Shown here one piece after another: positions 47,079-56,731 of a DNA stretch of 64,000 nucleotides. How positions within the stretch are numbered: the stretch's first letter is position 1; every line of letters begins with the position of its first letter. The notes beneath the pieces were generated by a model. The model did not search any database and was not told the origin of the DNA. It was given only the letters and a program-made list of their open reading frames with translations. Made by a program: the position numbers and the translations under genes. The DNA lies in NCBI GenBank assembly GCA_963739455.1, contig CAVUAK010000001.1, positions 2,112,001-2,176,000 of the forward strand. Direction: 5' to 3'. The DNA comes from an uncultured Gemmatimonadales bacterium. GTDB lineage: Bacteria; Gemmatimonadota; Gemmatimonadetes; Gemmatimonadales; GWC2-71-9.

Positions 47079-48425
47079 TCAGGTGTATTGCCGCAGCAAG
47101 TCATCGACCTCGCCGTAGCCCGAAGGAAATGCCACGCTGCCAGGCGAAGCACCCGCGGCGAGCAGTACCGCCACCGACTCCGGGGTTCGCCGCTCCGTCC
47201 AAAAGGAATCCACGCACGCCTTGACCGCCAGTACAAGCGGCGTGCGATTCTTCCCGTCTCGCACGTCGACTGGAGCGCCGCGTGCGATGAGCAGCTTCAC
47301 CGTGTCGTGTCGCATGCGCCACGCGGCGACATGCAGCGCCGTACTCCCCGGTGCCACGTCCCAGTACCCATCGCCGTGCTCGAATACCGCCCCCGGCTTC
47401 ACGCCAAGGTCGAGCAGGAGGCCGACGCCGCCTGTGTTACCATTGCCCGCAAACTCGGCGATCAGTTTCCCGCCCATTGCCTGCACCTCGCCCATGAGGC
47501 TCGGCTCGCGCTCCAGGATGGTGGCGACTTCTTTCGCGTCGTTGCGTGCACAGGCGGCGATGAGCTGATCGATACCAGTAAGCGGTACGGAGAGCCCTCG
47601 CGGCCCAAACAACTCGAGCAGGTCACCACGTCCGCGCCGGGCTGCCATGGCATAGGCGGTGACCCCCTCCTGGGTTCGCGATGGATCAGCGCCATGATCG
47701 AGCAAGAGGGCGATGATCTCGAGACGGTTGTCGCGCTCGATCGCATGATGGAGCGGCGTGAAGCCCCAGCGACCCTGGTGGTTGGGGTCGGCGCCGCGCG
47801 CGAGCAGGTACGCGGCGCCGTCGAGGTCGTGCCAGTCATGCTTCCGGATGAGCATCATGACCAGATTCTCGGCGGTGACCTTTCCACTCTCGACCAGGGC
47901 CTTCAGCGCGTCGTTGTCGTAGCTCTCCGGTGAGTGGTACGGTGTCTCGTCATCGTTCGGGTCGGCGCCTCGCTCGAGGAGCAGCCGCGTGAGTGCCCCG
48001 TGGTGCGCGATCCCGGCTGCACCGTAGAGCACGCTTTCAAAGGTGGGCTTCGGCTGGTGAGACGGTTCGAACCATCCACTGTTCGGGTCAGCGCCGGCGT
48101 CGAGCAGTGCGGTGGCTGCACGCACGAAACCGTCCGACCGTTCGTGATCCAGCTTCAGGTAGCGGGAGAAGGCGAGCCAGGTGAGGGGATCCCAGTCGTA
48201 GGGGCCGCCCCTGGCCGTTGCCAAGGCAGGGTTCGCGGCGAGTTCCCGGCGAAGCGCCGAGTCGTCACCCAGGACCGCGGCGGTGAAGATGTCGCGCCCG
48301 ATGACGTCCGGGTGCGCCGCCCGCAGCGCTTCGGCGCGCTCGAGCGTGCCGTTCGCGTGCCCGCCTTCGCGCGGGGCCGTCGCTGCCCTCAGGAACTCCT
48401 GAACCGGATCAGTCGTGTGGGTCAT
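47079..48425 (-). CDS. Ankyrin-repeat protein
   Basis: Repeated LL..GADPN, TPLHHA, TALHVAA. Confidence 0.88.
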   Translation of the reverse strand: MTHTTDPVQEFLRAATAPREGGHANGTLERAEALRAAHPDVIGRDIFTAAVLGDDSALRRELAANPALATARGGPYDWDPLTWLAFSRYLKLDHERSDGFVRAATALLDAGADPNSGWFEPSHQPKPTFESVLYGAAGIAHHGALTRLLLERGADPNDDETPYHSPESYDNDALKALVESGKVTAENLVMMLIRKHDWHDLDGAAYLLARGADPNHQGRWGFTPLHHAIERDNRLEIIALLLDHGADPSRTQEGVTAYAMAARRGRGDLLELFGPRGLSVPLTGIDQLIAACARNDAKEVATILEREPSLMGEVQAMGGKLIAEFAGNGNTGGVGLLLDLGVKPGAVFEHGDGYWDVAPGSTALHVAAWRMRHDTVKLLIARGAPVDVRDGKNRTPLVLAVKACVDSFWTERRTPESVAVLLAAGASPGSVAFPSGYGEVDDLLRQYT

Positions 48426-48451
48426 CCTGCCCCAAGTATGTAGTTTTGGAC

Positions 48452-49567
48452 ATGACAAACGCCACTGCTCCGGCGGCCGTCGCGGGCGCCGACCTCCTCT
48501 CCCTCGAGACACCCGTTCCCATCGTCGACCTCGACCGCCTCGAGGCGAACCTGGAGCGAATGGCCAGTTACACCGCGTCGCACGGGCTGGCGCTGCGGCC
48601 GCATGTGAAGACGCACAAGACACCATGGATCGCGGCACGGCAGGTGGCACTCGGTGCGGTTGGCCTTACCTGCGCCACGCCGCGCGAAGCCGAGGAGATG
48701 AGCGCGGTCGCGAGCGACATCCTGGTGGCGTACCCGCCGGTGGGGAGTGGCCGGCTGCGGCGCCTGGCGTCGCTGCCGCCAGGTGTACGGCTCACGGTGG
48801 CGCTCGACTCGGCGGGGGCGGTGCAGGGGCTGGCTGCTGCGGCGCGGACCGCGCACCGCCAGGTGGGAGTGTATGTCGAGCTGGACTTCGGCATGCGGCG
48901 CGTCGGCGTTGCCACGGCGGCGGAGGCAATCGACCTGGCACGCCTGGTCCAGCGCGAGCCCTCACTCGAGTTCCGTGGCATCGCGTTCTACCCGGGACAC
49001 ATCCGCGCCGGGGTGGACGCCCAAGATGAGGCAATCGCGCGCCTGCGCGCCGACGTCGTGGCGACCCGGGAAGCGTTCGCGCGTGCCGGCATCGAGGTGC
49101 CGGTGATCAGCGGCGGCTCTACGCCGACGGCGTGGCGCGCGCATGAAACGGGGGCCACTGAAGTGCGACCCGGCACTTACGCATTCAACGACCGCACCGC
49201 GGCGCAGATTGGTTCCTGCGACTGGGATGATTGTGCGCTCACGGTGCTGGCCACGGTGGTCAGTACCGCGGTACCGGGCCAGGCGGTCATCGACGCCGGG
49301 AGCAAGGCACTGGGGCGGGAGCCGCTCCGCGCGGAAGGAGATGGGTTCGGCGTGCTCATGGCGCACCCCGATGTCGTGGTGAAGGGACTGAGCGAGGAAC
49401 ACGGCCTGCTGGACCTGTCGCGCACCGACTGGCGGCCCTCGGTTGGCGAAGTGGTTCGCGTAGTGCCGAATCATGTGTGCATCGTGGTGCACCTCAACGA
49501 TCGTCTCATTGGCGTGCGGGGCGAGGTAGTGGAGCGGGACTGGCTCGTCGCTGCGCGCGGGCGCTGA
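48452..49567 (+). CDS. D-threonine aldolase / DSD1-family PLP enzyme (alanine racemase fold)
   Basis: ETP, LRPHVKTHK, GGSTP, EVRPGTY.F.D, DAGSKAL, SEEHG, PNHVC. Confidence 0.9.
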   Translation: MTNATAPAAVAGADLLSLETPVPIVDLDRLEANLERMASYTASHGLALRPHVKTHKTPWIAARQVALGAVGLTCATPREAEEMSAVASDILVAYPPVGSGRLRRLASLPPGVRLTVALDSAGAVQGLAAAARTAHRQVGVYVELDFGMRRVGVATAAEAIDLARLVQREPSLEFRGIAFYPGHIRAGVDAQDEAIARLRADVVATREAFARAGIEVPVISGGSTPTAWRAHETGATEVRPGTYAFNDRTAAQIGSCDWDDCALTVLATVVSTAVPGQAVIDAGSKALGREPLRAEGDGFGVLMAHPDVVVKGLSEEHGLLDLSRTDWRPSVGEVVRVVPNHVCIVVHLNDRLIGVRGEVVERDWLVAARGR

Positions 49568-49569
49568 AC

Positions 49570-50484
49570 ATGAGGCGGCTCGTGGCGTTGCTTGTCGCGC
49601 TGTTCGTGGTGCCGACGCTCCGGGCCCAGAGCCAGCGCTCGGTGCTGGTTCGCACCGATCGCGCGCTGGCCGACAGCAGCTGGACGACCGGGTTCCGGGC
49701 GGCATTTGGCACGGCTGCGCTTCCTGAGGTGGTACTGCTATGGCCGGGTGCGCCGGTGGTGCACGGGCTGCCGAACGTGAGCCGACTGCTGATGGCGGTG
49801 CAGGGGACCGCAAACGTCACGCGCGCACTCGCATCCGGCGCGGGGCCCGACAGCCTCAGGGTCACCTGGCAGCCGCTCGGTGCGGAGTTTTCACTGGACT
49901 CGACGCTCGGCGTCACGTGGGGCGTCACCGTCTCCGCGTCGTCGGTGGCGGACGCGCCGGTGATGGGACGCTACATCGCAACCTGGCAGCGAGATTCGGG
50001 TGGAGCGGCGAAGCGATGGCGACTGGCAGCGCTGATGTTGACCGACATCACCGCTGATGGGTCGGCTCCCCTCGTGGCGGAACTTCCCCTCGAGCTTCCG
50101 CCACTCAAGCCGACCGCGAGTACGGCGCCATTTGTCGCAGCAGACCTTGGCTTTGCCCGGCTGGCGGGTGACAGCGGCGCCGCCATCGCGTTCGAGCGGT
50201 GGGCTGCACCCGACGCTCACATGTTCGCTGGTGGTGGCATGCTGGTGGCAGGCCCGAAGGCGATCGCCCGGGTCGTGAGCGCACCCGCGACATGGTCCTG
50301 GCACCCTGTGGTTGCAGGCGCGGCGGCCGACGGCAGCATGGGATGGACGGTGGGCGAGGCGGTGATCACCGCGAGCGACGGCCACTCCGGCCCCTCGAAA
50401 TACCTCACGGTGTGGAAGCGGCAGGCCGATGGATCGATACGGTACTACACCGACGGCGGGAACGGACGCCCGATGACCCGCTAG
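49570..50484 (+). CDS. Exported tandem NTF2-like (DUF4440-like) protein
   Basis: Signal peptide; two repeats of W.P......D...G.T.G...Y...W.R. Confidence 0.7.
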   Translation: MRRLVALLVALFVVPTLRAQSQRSVLVRTDRALADSSWTTGFRAAFGTAALPEVVLLWPGAPVVHGLPNVSRLLMAVQGTANVTRALASGAGPDSLRVTWQPLGAEFSLDSTLGVTWGVTVSASSVADAPVMGRYIATWQRDSGGAAKRWRLAALMLTDITADGSAPLVAELPLELPPLKPTASTAPFVAADLGFARLAGDSGAAIAFERWAAPDAHMFAGGGMLVAGPKAIARVVSAPATWSWHPVVAGAAADGSMGWTVGEAVITASDGHSGPSKYLTVWKRQADGSIRYYTDGGNGRPMTR

Positions 50485-50485
50485 G

Positions 50486-51841
50486 TCAGGCTTCCACGCG
50501 CATCAACGCGGCGCCAAGTGTCGCGATTTCCGTTTCCGCGACGGTGCGCATGTCGAGCAACACCCGGTCGTCCTGAACACGCCCGATCACCGCTGGATCC
50601 CCGAGACGAAGCCGCAGTGCCAGCCCATGCGCGCCGATTTCTCCCGGCGAGAGGGCGACGAGCGCGGTGGGCAGCACTGCCGCAGGGAAGGAGCCGCCGC
50701 CCACTGCGGACTGGCCGGTCGTGACTTGTGGCTCGAACCGGGACAAGAGTCCGACGAGTTGCCGGGCGCGAGCCTCGATGGTCGCCGGTTCCTCCGTCAG
50801 CATGCGGAGCACGGGCACTTCACGACGCGCCGTTTCCTCGTCGTCGTAGAGCGCCAGCGTCGCCTCGAGCGCCGCGAGCGTCAGCTTGTCGGCCCGGAGG
50901 GCCCGGGCAAGCGGATTGCGTCGGCAGTCGGCGACGAGGTCACGCCGCCCCGCCAGGCATCCTGCCTGCGGTCCTCCCAGCAGCTTGTCGCCACTGAACA
51001 GCACCAGGTCGGCACCGCTCCCCACGGCATCACTCACCTTCGGCTCGCCCGACAGTCCCCAGCGCGACAGGTCCAGCAGCAGCCCGCTGCCGACGTCGTG
51101 AAGGCAGGGCAGCCCGCGTTCACGCGCCAGGGCGGCAAGCGCGCCGGGTTCCGGCGTCGCCACGAAGCCCGACTGCGCGAAGTTGCTGCGGTGCACAATG
51201 AGAATGGCGCCGGTGTCAGGACTGATGGCGGCTTCGTAGTCACTGAGGTGCGTGCGGTTGGTCGTGCCGACTTCACGAAGGCGCGCACCACTCCTGGCGA
51301 TGATGTCGGGAATGCGGAATGAGCCGCCGATCTCGATCAGCTCGCCCCGGCTGATGATGACTTCCCGGCCCTGTGCCACCGCATTGAGCGCCAGGACCAG
51401 CGCACCGGCGGCGTTGTTCACCACGAAGGCGTCGGCGGCACCACTCAGTCGCGCGAGCTGCACCCGGCAGTGATCGGCGCGACTTCCACGCGTCCCCGAG
51501 TGCAGGTCGAACTCGAGGGTGCTGTAGCCGGATGCGATGGACTGTACGGCGCGAGCCGCGGCGGCGGCCAGGGGTGCCCGGCCAAGGTTGGTGTGCAGCA
51601 CGATGCCGGTGGCGTTGATCACCGGCGCGAGCGACGGGGCAATTCGCGCGGCAACCAGCTCCGTTATCTCGGCGGCCCAGTCCTCGGGCGGCCCGGCCCG
51701 GCGCTTCCGGGACCGCGCCAGTGCCTCGCGCGCCGCACCCACCACCGCGTTTCGCGGAGCCACATTCATCAAGCCAAGCACCTGTGGATCGCGAAGCAGG
51801 GTGTCGACCGACGGCAGCTCGCGCCGCTTGTCGTCGCTCAC
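50486..51841 (-). CDS. selA: L-seryl-tRNA(Sec) selenium transferase
   Basis: LPSVD, INATGIVLHTNLGRAPL, VVNNAAGA, SRGELIEIGGSFRIPD, EVGTTNRTH, FSGDKLLGGPQAG. Confidence 0.95.
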   Translation of the reverse strand: MSDDKRRELPSVDTLLRDPQVLGLMNVAPRNAVVGAAREALARSRKRRAGPPEDWAAEITELVAARIAPSLAPVINATGIVLHTNLGRAPLAAAAARAVQSIASGYSTLEFDLHSGTRGSRADHCRVQLARLSGAADAFVVNNAAGALVLALNAVAQGREVIISRGELIEIGGSFRIPDIIARSGARLREVGTTNRTHLSDYEAAISPDTGAILIVHRSNFAQSGFVATPEPGALAALARERGLPCLHDVGSGLLLDLSRWGLSGEPKVSDAVGSGADLVLFSGDKLLGGPQAGCLAGRRDLVADCRRNPLARALRADKLTLAALEATLALYDDEETARREVPVLRMLTEEPATIEARARQLVGLLSRFEPQVTTGQSAVGGGSFPAAVLPTALVALSPGEIGAHGLALRLRLGDPAVIGRVQDDRVLLDMRTVAETEIATLGAALMRVEA

Positions 51842-53427
51842 TTCTTCGGCGCCGGCTGCTTCGGCGCTGCGGCCCCAGGCTTGAGCAGCGAGTCAGCGGG
51901 GAGGAACTGCTTCAGCGAGTCGGCAAAGGTGGTGTCGCCCTTGGCGAGCGCCGAGTCGATACGGGTTGTCAGGGCGCGTGCGCTGTCGGCCAGCGTTGGC
52001 TTGGGGCGCTTGGGCACCTCGAATCCTGCCTTGGGTGACCCAAGCACGCCGCTCACGTTCTTGATGTCGTGCGTGACCACGAGATAGTCGCATGTCGGGC
52101 GATACGGGCGCGCCCAGGCGCACGATCAACCGATCCGTCAGGGGAGGTCGCGATAGCTTGACCGCCGGCCGTTGTCCTCCGCATGGCACCGGGCCCGGCA
52201 GCAGCAGCGGCCGCTGCGCCGATAGCACCAGGAGAGGCGCCCGGCGGCAGGCCAATCCTTCCGGGAGGCGCGCCCGGCACGGCTCCTGGCGGTGCGGCGG
52301 GCTTGGCGCCCTGCGGTGCGCCTGGCTTGGCACCCCCTGGCAGTACCGGCACGCCACCGGGCGGCGCCTTCGTCACGGAGTCGATCTTCATCTTCCGGGT
52401 CGTGTCAGCCTTGGCCGGCTTCTGGGTCGAGTCGGCCTTGCCTGCCTTCTGGACCGAGTCAGACTTGACCGCGCCCTGGGCGGAATCAGCCTTCCTGGTG
52501 CGCTCCTCGGTCGAGATACTGTCGAACTCCGCCGGGGTCATGACGCGGAGCACGGGGAGCGGCGTCGAATCCGGCAATTCAAGCACCTGAACCGCAGTGG
52601 AGTCGTACCGCGTGTAGGGATCGAGCTTCTGGGTGAAGGTGAGGTTGAGCGTGATGGAGTCCTGGACAGTGGGCGGAGTGAGGCGTGCCGGTGTGGTGTC
52701 GTGAATGAAGGCAAAGAGCTCAGGCACCTTGCCGGAGTCGGGCTCGACACGCACGCTGTCGAAGGCTTCGCGAGCGTCGATCCTGCCGTTCCGGTTCTGG
52801 TCGATGCCGACGTACACCAGGTAGGTGCCGCGGGGCAGGGGCCCGAACTCGTACGTGCCCGACGAGTCGGTCAGTGCCCTTGTACACCAGTGAATCGGGC
52901 TCGAGCACGGCCTGGATCAGTCCACCGCGCATCGGCTGGCTCGCGGCCCAGTCGAACGCCGCGCCGCTCAGGGTGTAGTCAGGTACCGGGGCGCCGGTGG
53001 TAAAGGTGACGATCCCACCCTTCACGCCCTTGTTGTTGCGGATGTCGGAAATGCCGGGCAGGAGCTGGACGCGATAGACGCGATTCGGCTGCCATCCCTC
53101 GCGCGGGCGCACGGAAATCCGGCTTCGATGCCACTGCACCACCGGGACCTTGTTGGTGGGGGAGAGCAGCACGAGCTTCTCGAGGTCGCCGGTGCCGTAC
53201 CCCTGGCTCGGACTTCCGCCCTCGGACACGACCTCGCTGAAGACGAAATTGACGTTGCCGTCGAAGCCAGGATTGACGGAAAGCGATTCAGGAGTGATCG
53301 ATACCAGGATCGGTGGCTTGGCGTCCGGTGGACCGCCGGGCGGCGGCTCGATCTTGGCGCAGGCGACGAGGGCGCCGAGGGCGCAGAGCGCGCCGAGGGC
53401 GCCGGCGGCGCCCCGACGGCCTAGCAT
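51838..53427 (-). CDS. Lipoprotein with Ig-like (Big_5) domains and a low-complexity linker (frameshifted)
   Basis: LVACAKIEPPPGGPPD, F.FSE.V, W.PN..YRV, D.N.NG..D..E. Confidence 0.75.
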
Positions 53428-56119
53428 CCGAGGCGAGTCCGCTTCTCGGCCAGCGTTCCCGCCTGCTCCCTCCAGCTGACCAGCTTCTCCCGCTCCTTCT
53501 CCACCACGGCCGCCGGCGCTCGCGCGACGAACTGCTCGTTGCCCAGTTTCTTCTCCTGGGCGCCGATCAGCTGCTCGAGCCGGGCAATCTCGGTGGCGAG
53601 TCGCCCGCACTCACGGCCCACATCGATGGCGTCGCCCAGCGGCACGAACACTCCGGTGCCATCGGAGAGGACGGCGTAGCCGCCCACGGTGTCGGTGCTC
53701 TCGCCGAACCCGAGCTCGCTCACCTTGGCGAGGCGGCGGATCGTACCCTGACTCGGCCTTGAATGCTGCGTTGGCTGCGTCGCCAGGATGCTGCACGAAG
53801 ACGCGCACCGCCTTGCCCGGCGACACGTCATACTCGGCGCGGATGGCGCGTATGGCGCCTACCAGTTCCTGGACCAGGGCGAACGACGCTCAGCAGTCGT
53901 CGGCGTCGTCGGCCGCGAGTCGGCAGTCGGCAGTCGGGCAGTCGTCGGGCCACTCGGCTCGCGGTTGCGGCGAGCCAGGTGCCGTCCTTCCGTCGCCCGG
54001 GATGCGCTGCCACAGCGTCTCGGTGACGAACGGCATGATCGGGTGCAGCAGCCGAAGCGCCACGTCGAAGGTGCGGAGCGCGATGGCGCGCGCGACGTCG
54101 CCACCGGGCGCGTCACCGTAGAGTCGCGGCTTGATTGCCTCGATGTACCAGTCGGCGAAATCGGACCAGAGGAAGTGGAACACCGCCGAGGCGGCGTCGT
54201 TGAGCCGGAACTTCTCGTAGGCCTCGGTGGCGGTGCGGATGGTGGCGTCGCACCGCGCGATGATCCACTTGTCGGCGAGCGTCAGCTCATCGGCGCGCAG
54301 CGCGTTCGGGTGACCGGCGAGCGGCCGCGTGGGGCCGTCGAGGTTCGTGAGGATGAAGCGGCCGGCGTTCCAGAGCTTGTTGGCGAAATTGCGCCCGGGC
54401 GCGAACGAGGTCTCGAGGTCGGCGGGATCGAGGATCACGTCGGTGCCCACCGACATGCCGCGACACAAGCGTGTAGCGCAGCGCGTCGGCGCCATAGCGC
54501 TCGACCACCTCGAGCGGATCGATCCCGTTGCCCAGCGACTTGGACATCTTGCGATGCTGGGTGTCGCGCACCGTGCCATGGAGGTACACGGTGCTGAAGG
54601 GGATGTCACCCATGAACTCGCAGCCGGCCATCACCATCCGCGCCACCCAGAAGAAGAGGATCTCGGGCGCGGTGACCAGGACCTGGCCGGGATAGAACGC
54701 CTTGAGGTCGGCCGTCTTTTCGGGCCAGCCCAGGCTGGAGAACGGCACGAGCCAGGAGGAGAACCAGGTGTCGAGCACGTCCTCGTCCTGGCGCACCGCG
54801 CTGCCGCACTCGCATCGCGTCACGTCATTGCGGCTCACGATGGTCTTGCCGCAGGCATCGCAGTACCAGACCGGAATGCGATGGCCCCACCAGAGCTGCC
54901 GGGAGATGCACCAGTCGCGGATGTTCTCCATCCACTGGGCATACTCGTCGCCGCGGCGCTCGGGGATGAAGTTGAGGCGACCGTCACGATAGGCCTGAAG
55001 CGCAGGCTTGGCCAGCGGCGCCATCTTCACGAACCACTGGTCGGACAGCCGGGGCTCGATGATGGTGTTGCAGCGATAGCAGTGGCCCACCGCGTGGCGA
55101 TGATCTTCGACCTTCTCCAGCAGCCCCAGCTCGCGGAACATCTCGACCACGCGCTTCCGCGCCTCGAAGCGGTCGAGTCCCTGCAAGGCATCGGGCACCG
55201 TCTCGGCCATGCGGGCTTCGGGCGTCATGATGTCGATGCTGTGCAGGTGCTGCCGCTTGCCGATCTCGAAGTCGGTCGGGTCGTGCGCGGGCGTCACCTT
55301 CACCGCACCGGTGCCGAAGGCGGGATCGATCGCCTCGTCGGCGACGATGGGAACTTCCCGGCCCACGAGCGGCAGCAGCAGCGACTTGCCCACCAGCGCC
55401 TTGTAGCGCTTGTCCTTCGGGTGCACCGCCACGCCGGTGTCACCGAGCATCGTCTCCGGCCGGGTGGTGGCGACGGTGACGTAGCCGTTGCCGTCCACCA
55501 GCGGGTACTTCAGGTACCAGATCTTGCCGTCCACCTCTTCCTTCTCCGCTTCCTCGTTGGAGAGGGCGGTGAGGCAGCGGGGGCACCAGTTGATGATGTA
55601 CTTGCCGCGGTAGACGAGGCCCTTCTCGTGCAGGCGGACGAACACCTCGCGCACCGCCGCCGAGAGTGCGGGGTCGAGCGTGAAGTAGGTGCGGGTCCAG
55701 TCGCAGCTGGCCCCGATCGCCTTGAGCTGCTCGAGGATGGCGCCGCCGGTTTCGCGCACATGGGTCCAGACGCGCTCCTCGAAGCGCTCACGCCCGAGGT
55801 CGAATCGGGTCTGGCCCTCCTTCGCCACCACCCGCTCCACCACGTTCTGGGTCGCGATGCCGGCGTGATCGGTGCCGGGGAGCCAGAGCGTGTTCTTGCC
55901 GCGCATGCGCTCGAAGCGCACGAGCACGTCCTGCACGGTGTTGTTGAGCCCGTGGCCCACGTGGAGTACGGCCGTCACGTTGGGCGGCGGCATCATCACG
56001 ACGTAGCGCTCGCCGCGTCCCCGCGCGTCGGCGCGGAAGAGGTCGGCTTCGAGCCAGCGGCGGTAGAGGTCGGCCTCGATGGCGGCCGGGTCGTACTGGG
56101 GGGCGAGCGGTTCGCTCAT
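53421..56119 (-). CDS. valS: Valine--tRNA ligase (frameshifts near 54465, 53990-53890 and 53750)
   Basis: PPPNVTAVLHVGH, GTDHAGIATQ, DWCISRQLWWGH, KMSKSLGN, C-terminal coiled coil. Confidence 0.96.
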
Positions 56120-56529
56120 GCGGAGGCGGTCGAATCCTCTGGAGAATCGAAGTCATCCTCGCCGTGCACGAGGATGCAATTGATGATGGCGTCGACGCCG
56201 GGCACGGCTCGCGCCACGCGGGCGGCCCGCGCACGAAGGGCGCGAGTTCCCACCCAGCCATGGAGCTCAACGGTGCGCACCGACACGGCAAGGGCGTCCA
56301 GTGCCAGGAGGGACAGGGCCGGGTCCGCACTGAGCGCCTGCCGGACGAGCCGGGCGAGCTGGCCGGTACGCGCCGGCGCCGGGCGGCGACGCTTCCGCAC
56401 CATTCCCTTGATGCGGGCCGGCCCGACTTCACCAAGTGTTTCGCTCACGATCAGGCCGGCGGCAAGCCCGAGGGCGGCGCCACCTACCGACCAGCCCAGC
56501 AAGCCCACCAGCGAAGTACGCCGCTTCAC
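56116..56529 (-). CDS. BON-domain protein with N-terminal TM
   Basis: VELHGWV...A...A..VPGV..I.N.I.V; ATGA overlap with valS; start uncertain. Confidence 0.65.
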   Translation of the reverse strand: MKRRTSLVGLLGWSVGGAALGLAAGLIVSETLGEVGPARIKGMVRKRRRPAPARTGQLARLVRQALSADPALSLLALDALAVSVRTVELHGWVGTRALRARAARVARAVPGVDAIINCILVHGEDDFDSPEDSTASA

Positions 56530-56578
56530 CTGCGATCCCTCGTGCAAAAAGGTGTTGAGACGCGTTAAGTTAGCAGCA

Positions 56579-56731
56579 ATGTCCGAAGAACGCACCGAAA
56601 TTCAGACCGCAGAACTGAGCCGCTGGCTCGTGCTCCTGGGCGTGATCCTGCTCGGGATCGTCCTGTATTTCTGGCTGGCGCCGCGCACCGAGCCGGTGGT
56701 GCACCCGGTGCAGTCGGAGGCGCTCCAGTGA
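56579..56731 (+). CDS. Small single-TM protein
   Basis: 50 aa with one TM; GTGA overlap with the thrS start. Confidence 0.55.
   Translation: MSEERTEIQTAELSRWLVLLGVILLGIVLYFWLAPRTEPVVHPVQSEALQ

Noticed and set aside
53368..53412. 9-bp repeat (about five GAGGGCGCC-like units) as a mobile or regulatory repeat
   Set aside because: It is adequately explained as coding for the GAL-GAL hydrophobic core of a lipoprotein signal peptide.
53888..53895. In-frame TGA in valS, close to selA, as a selenocysteine codon
   Set aside because: It lies in an indel-rich, non-catalytic linker. ValS is not a known selenoprotein and I saw no convincing SECIS hairpin.
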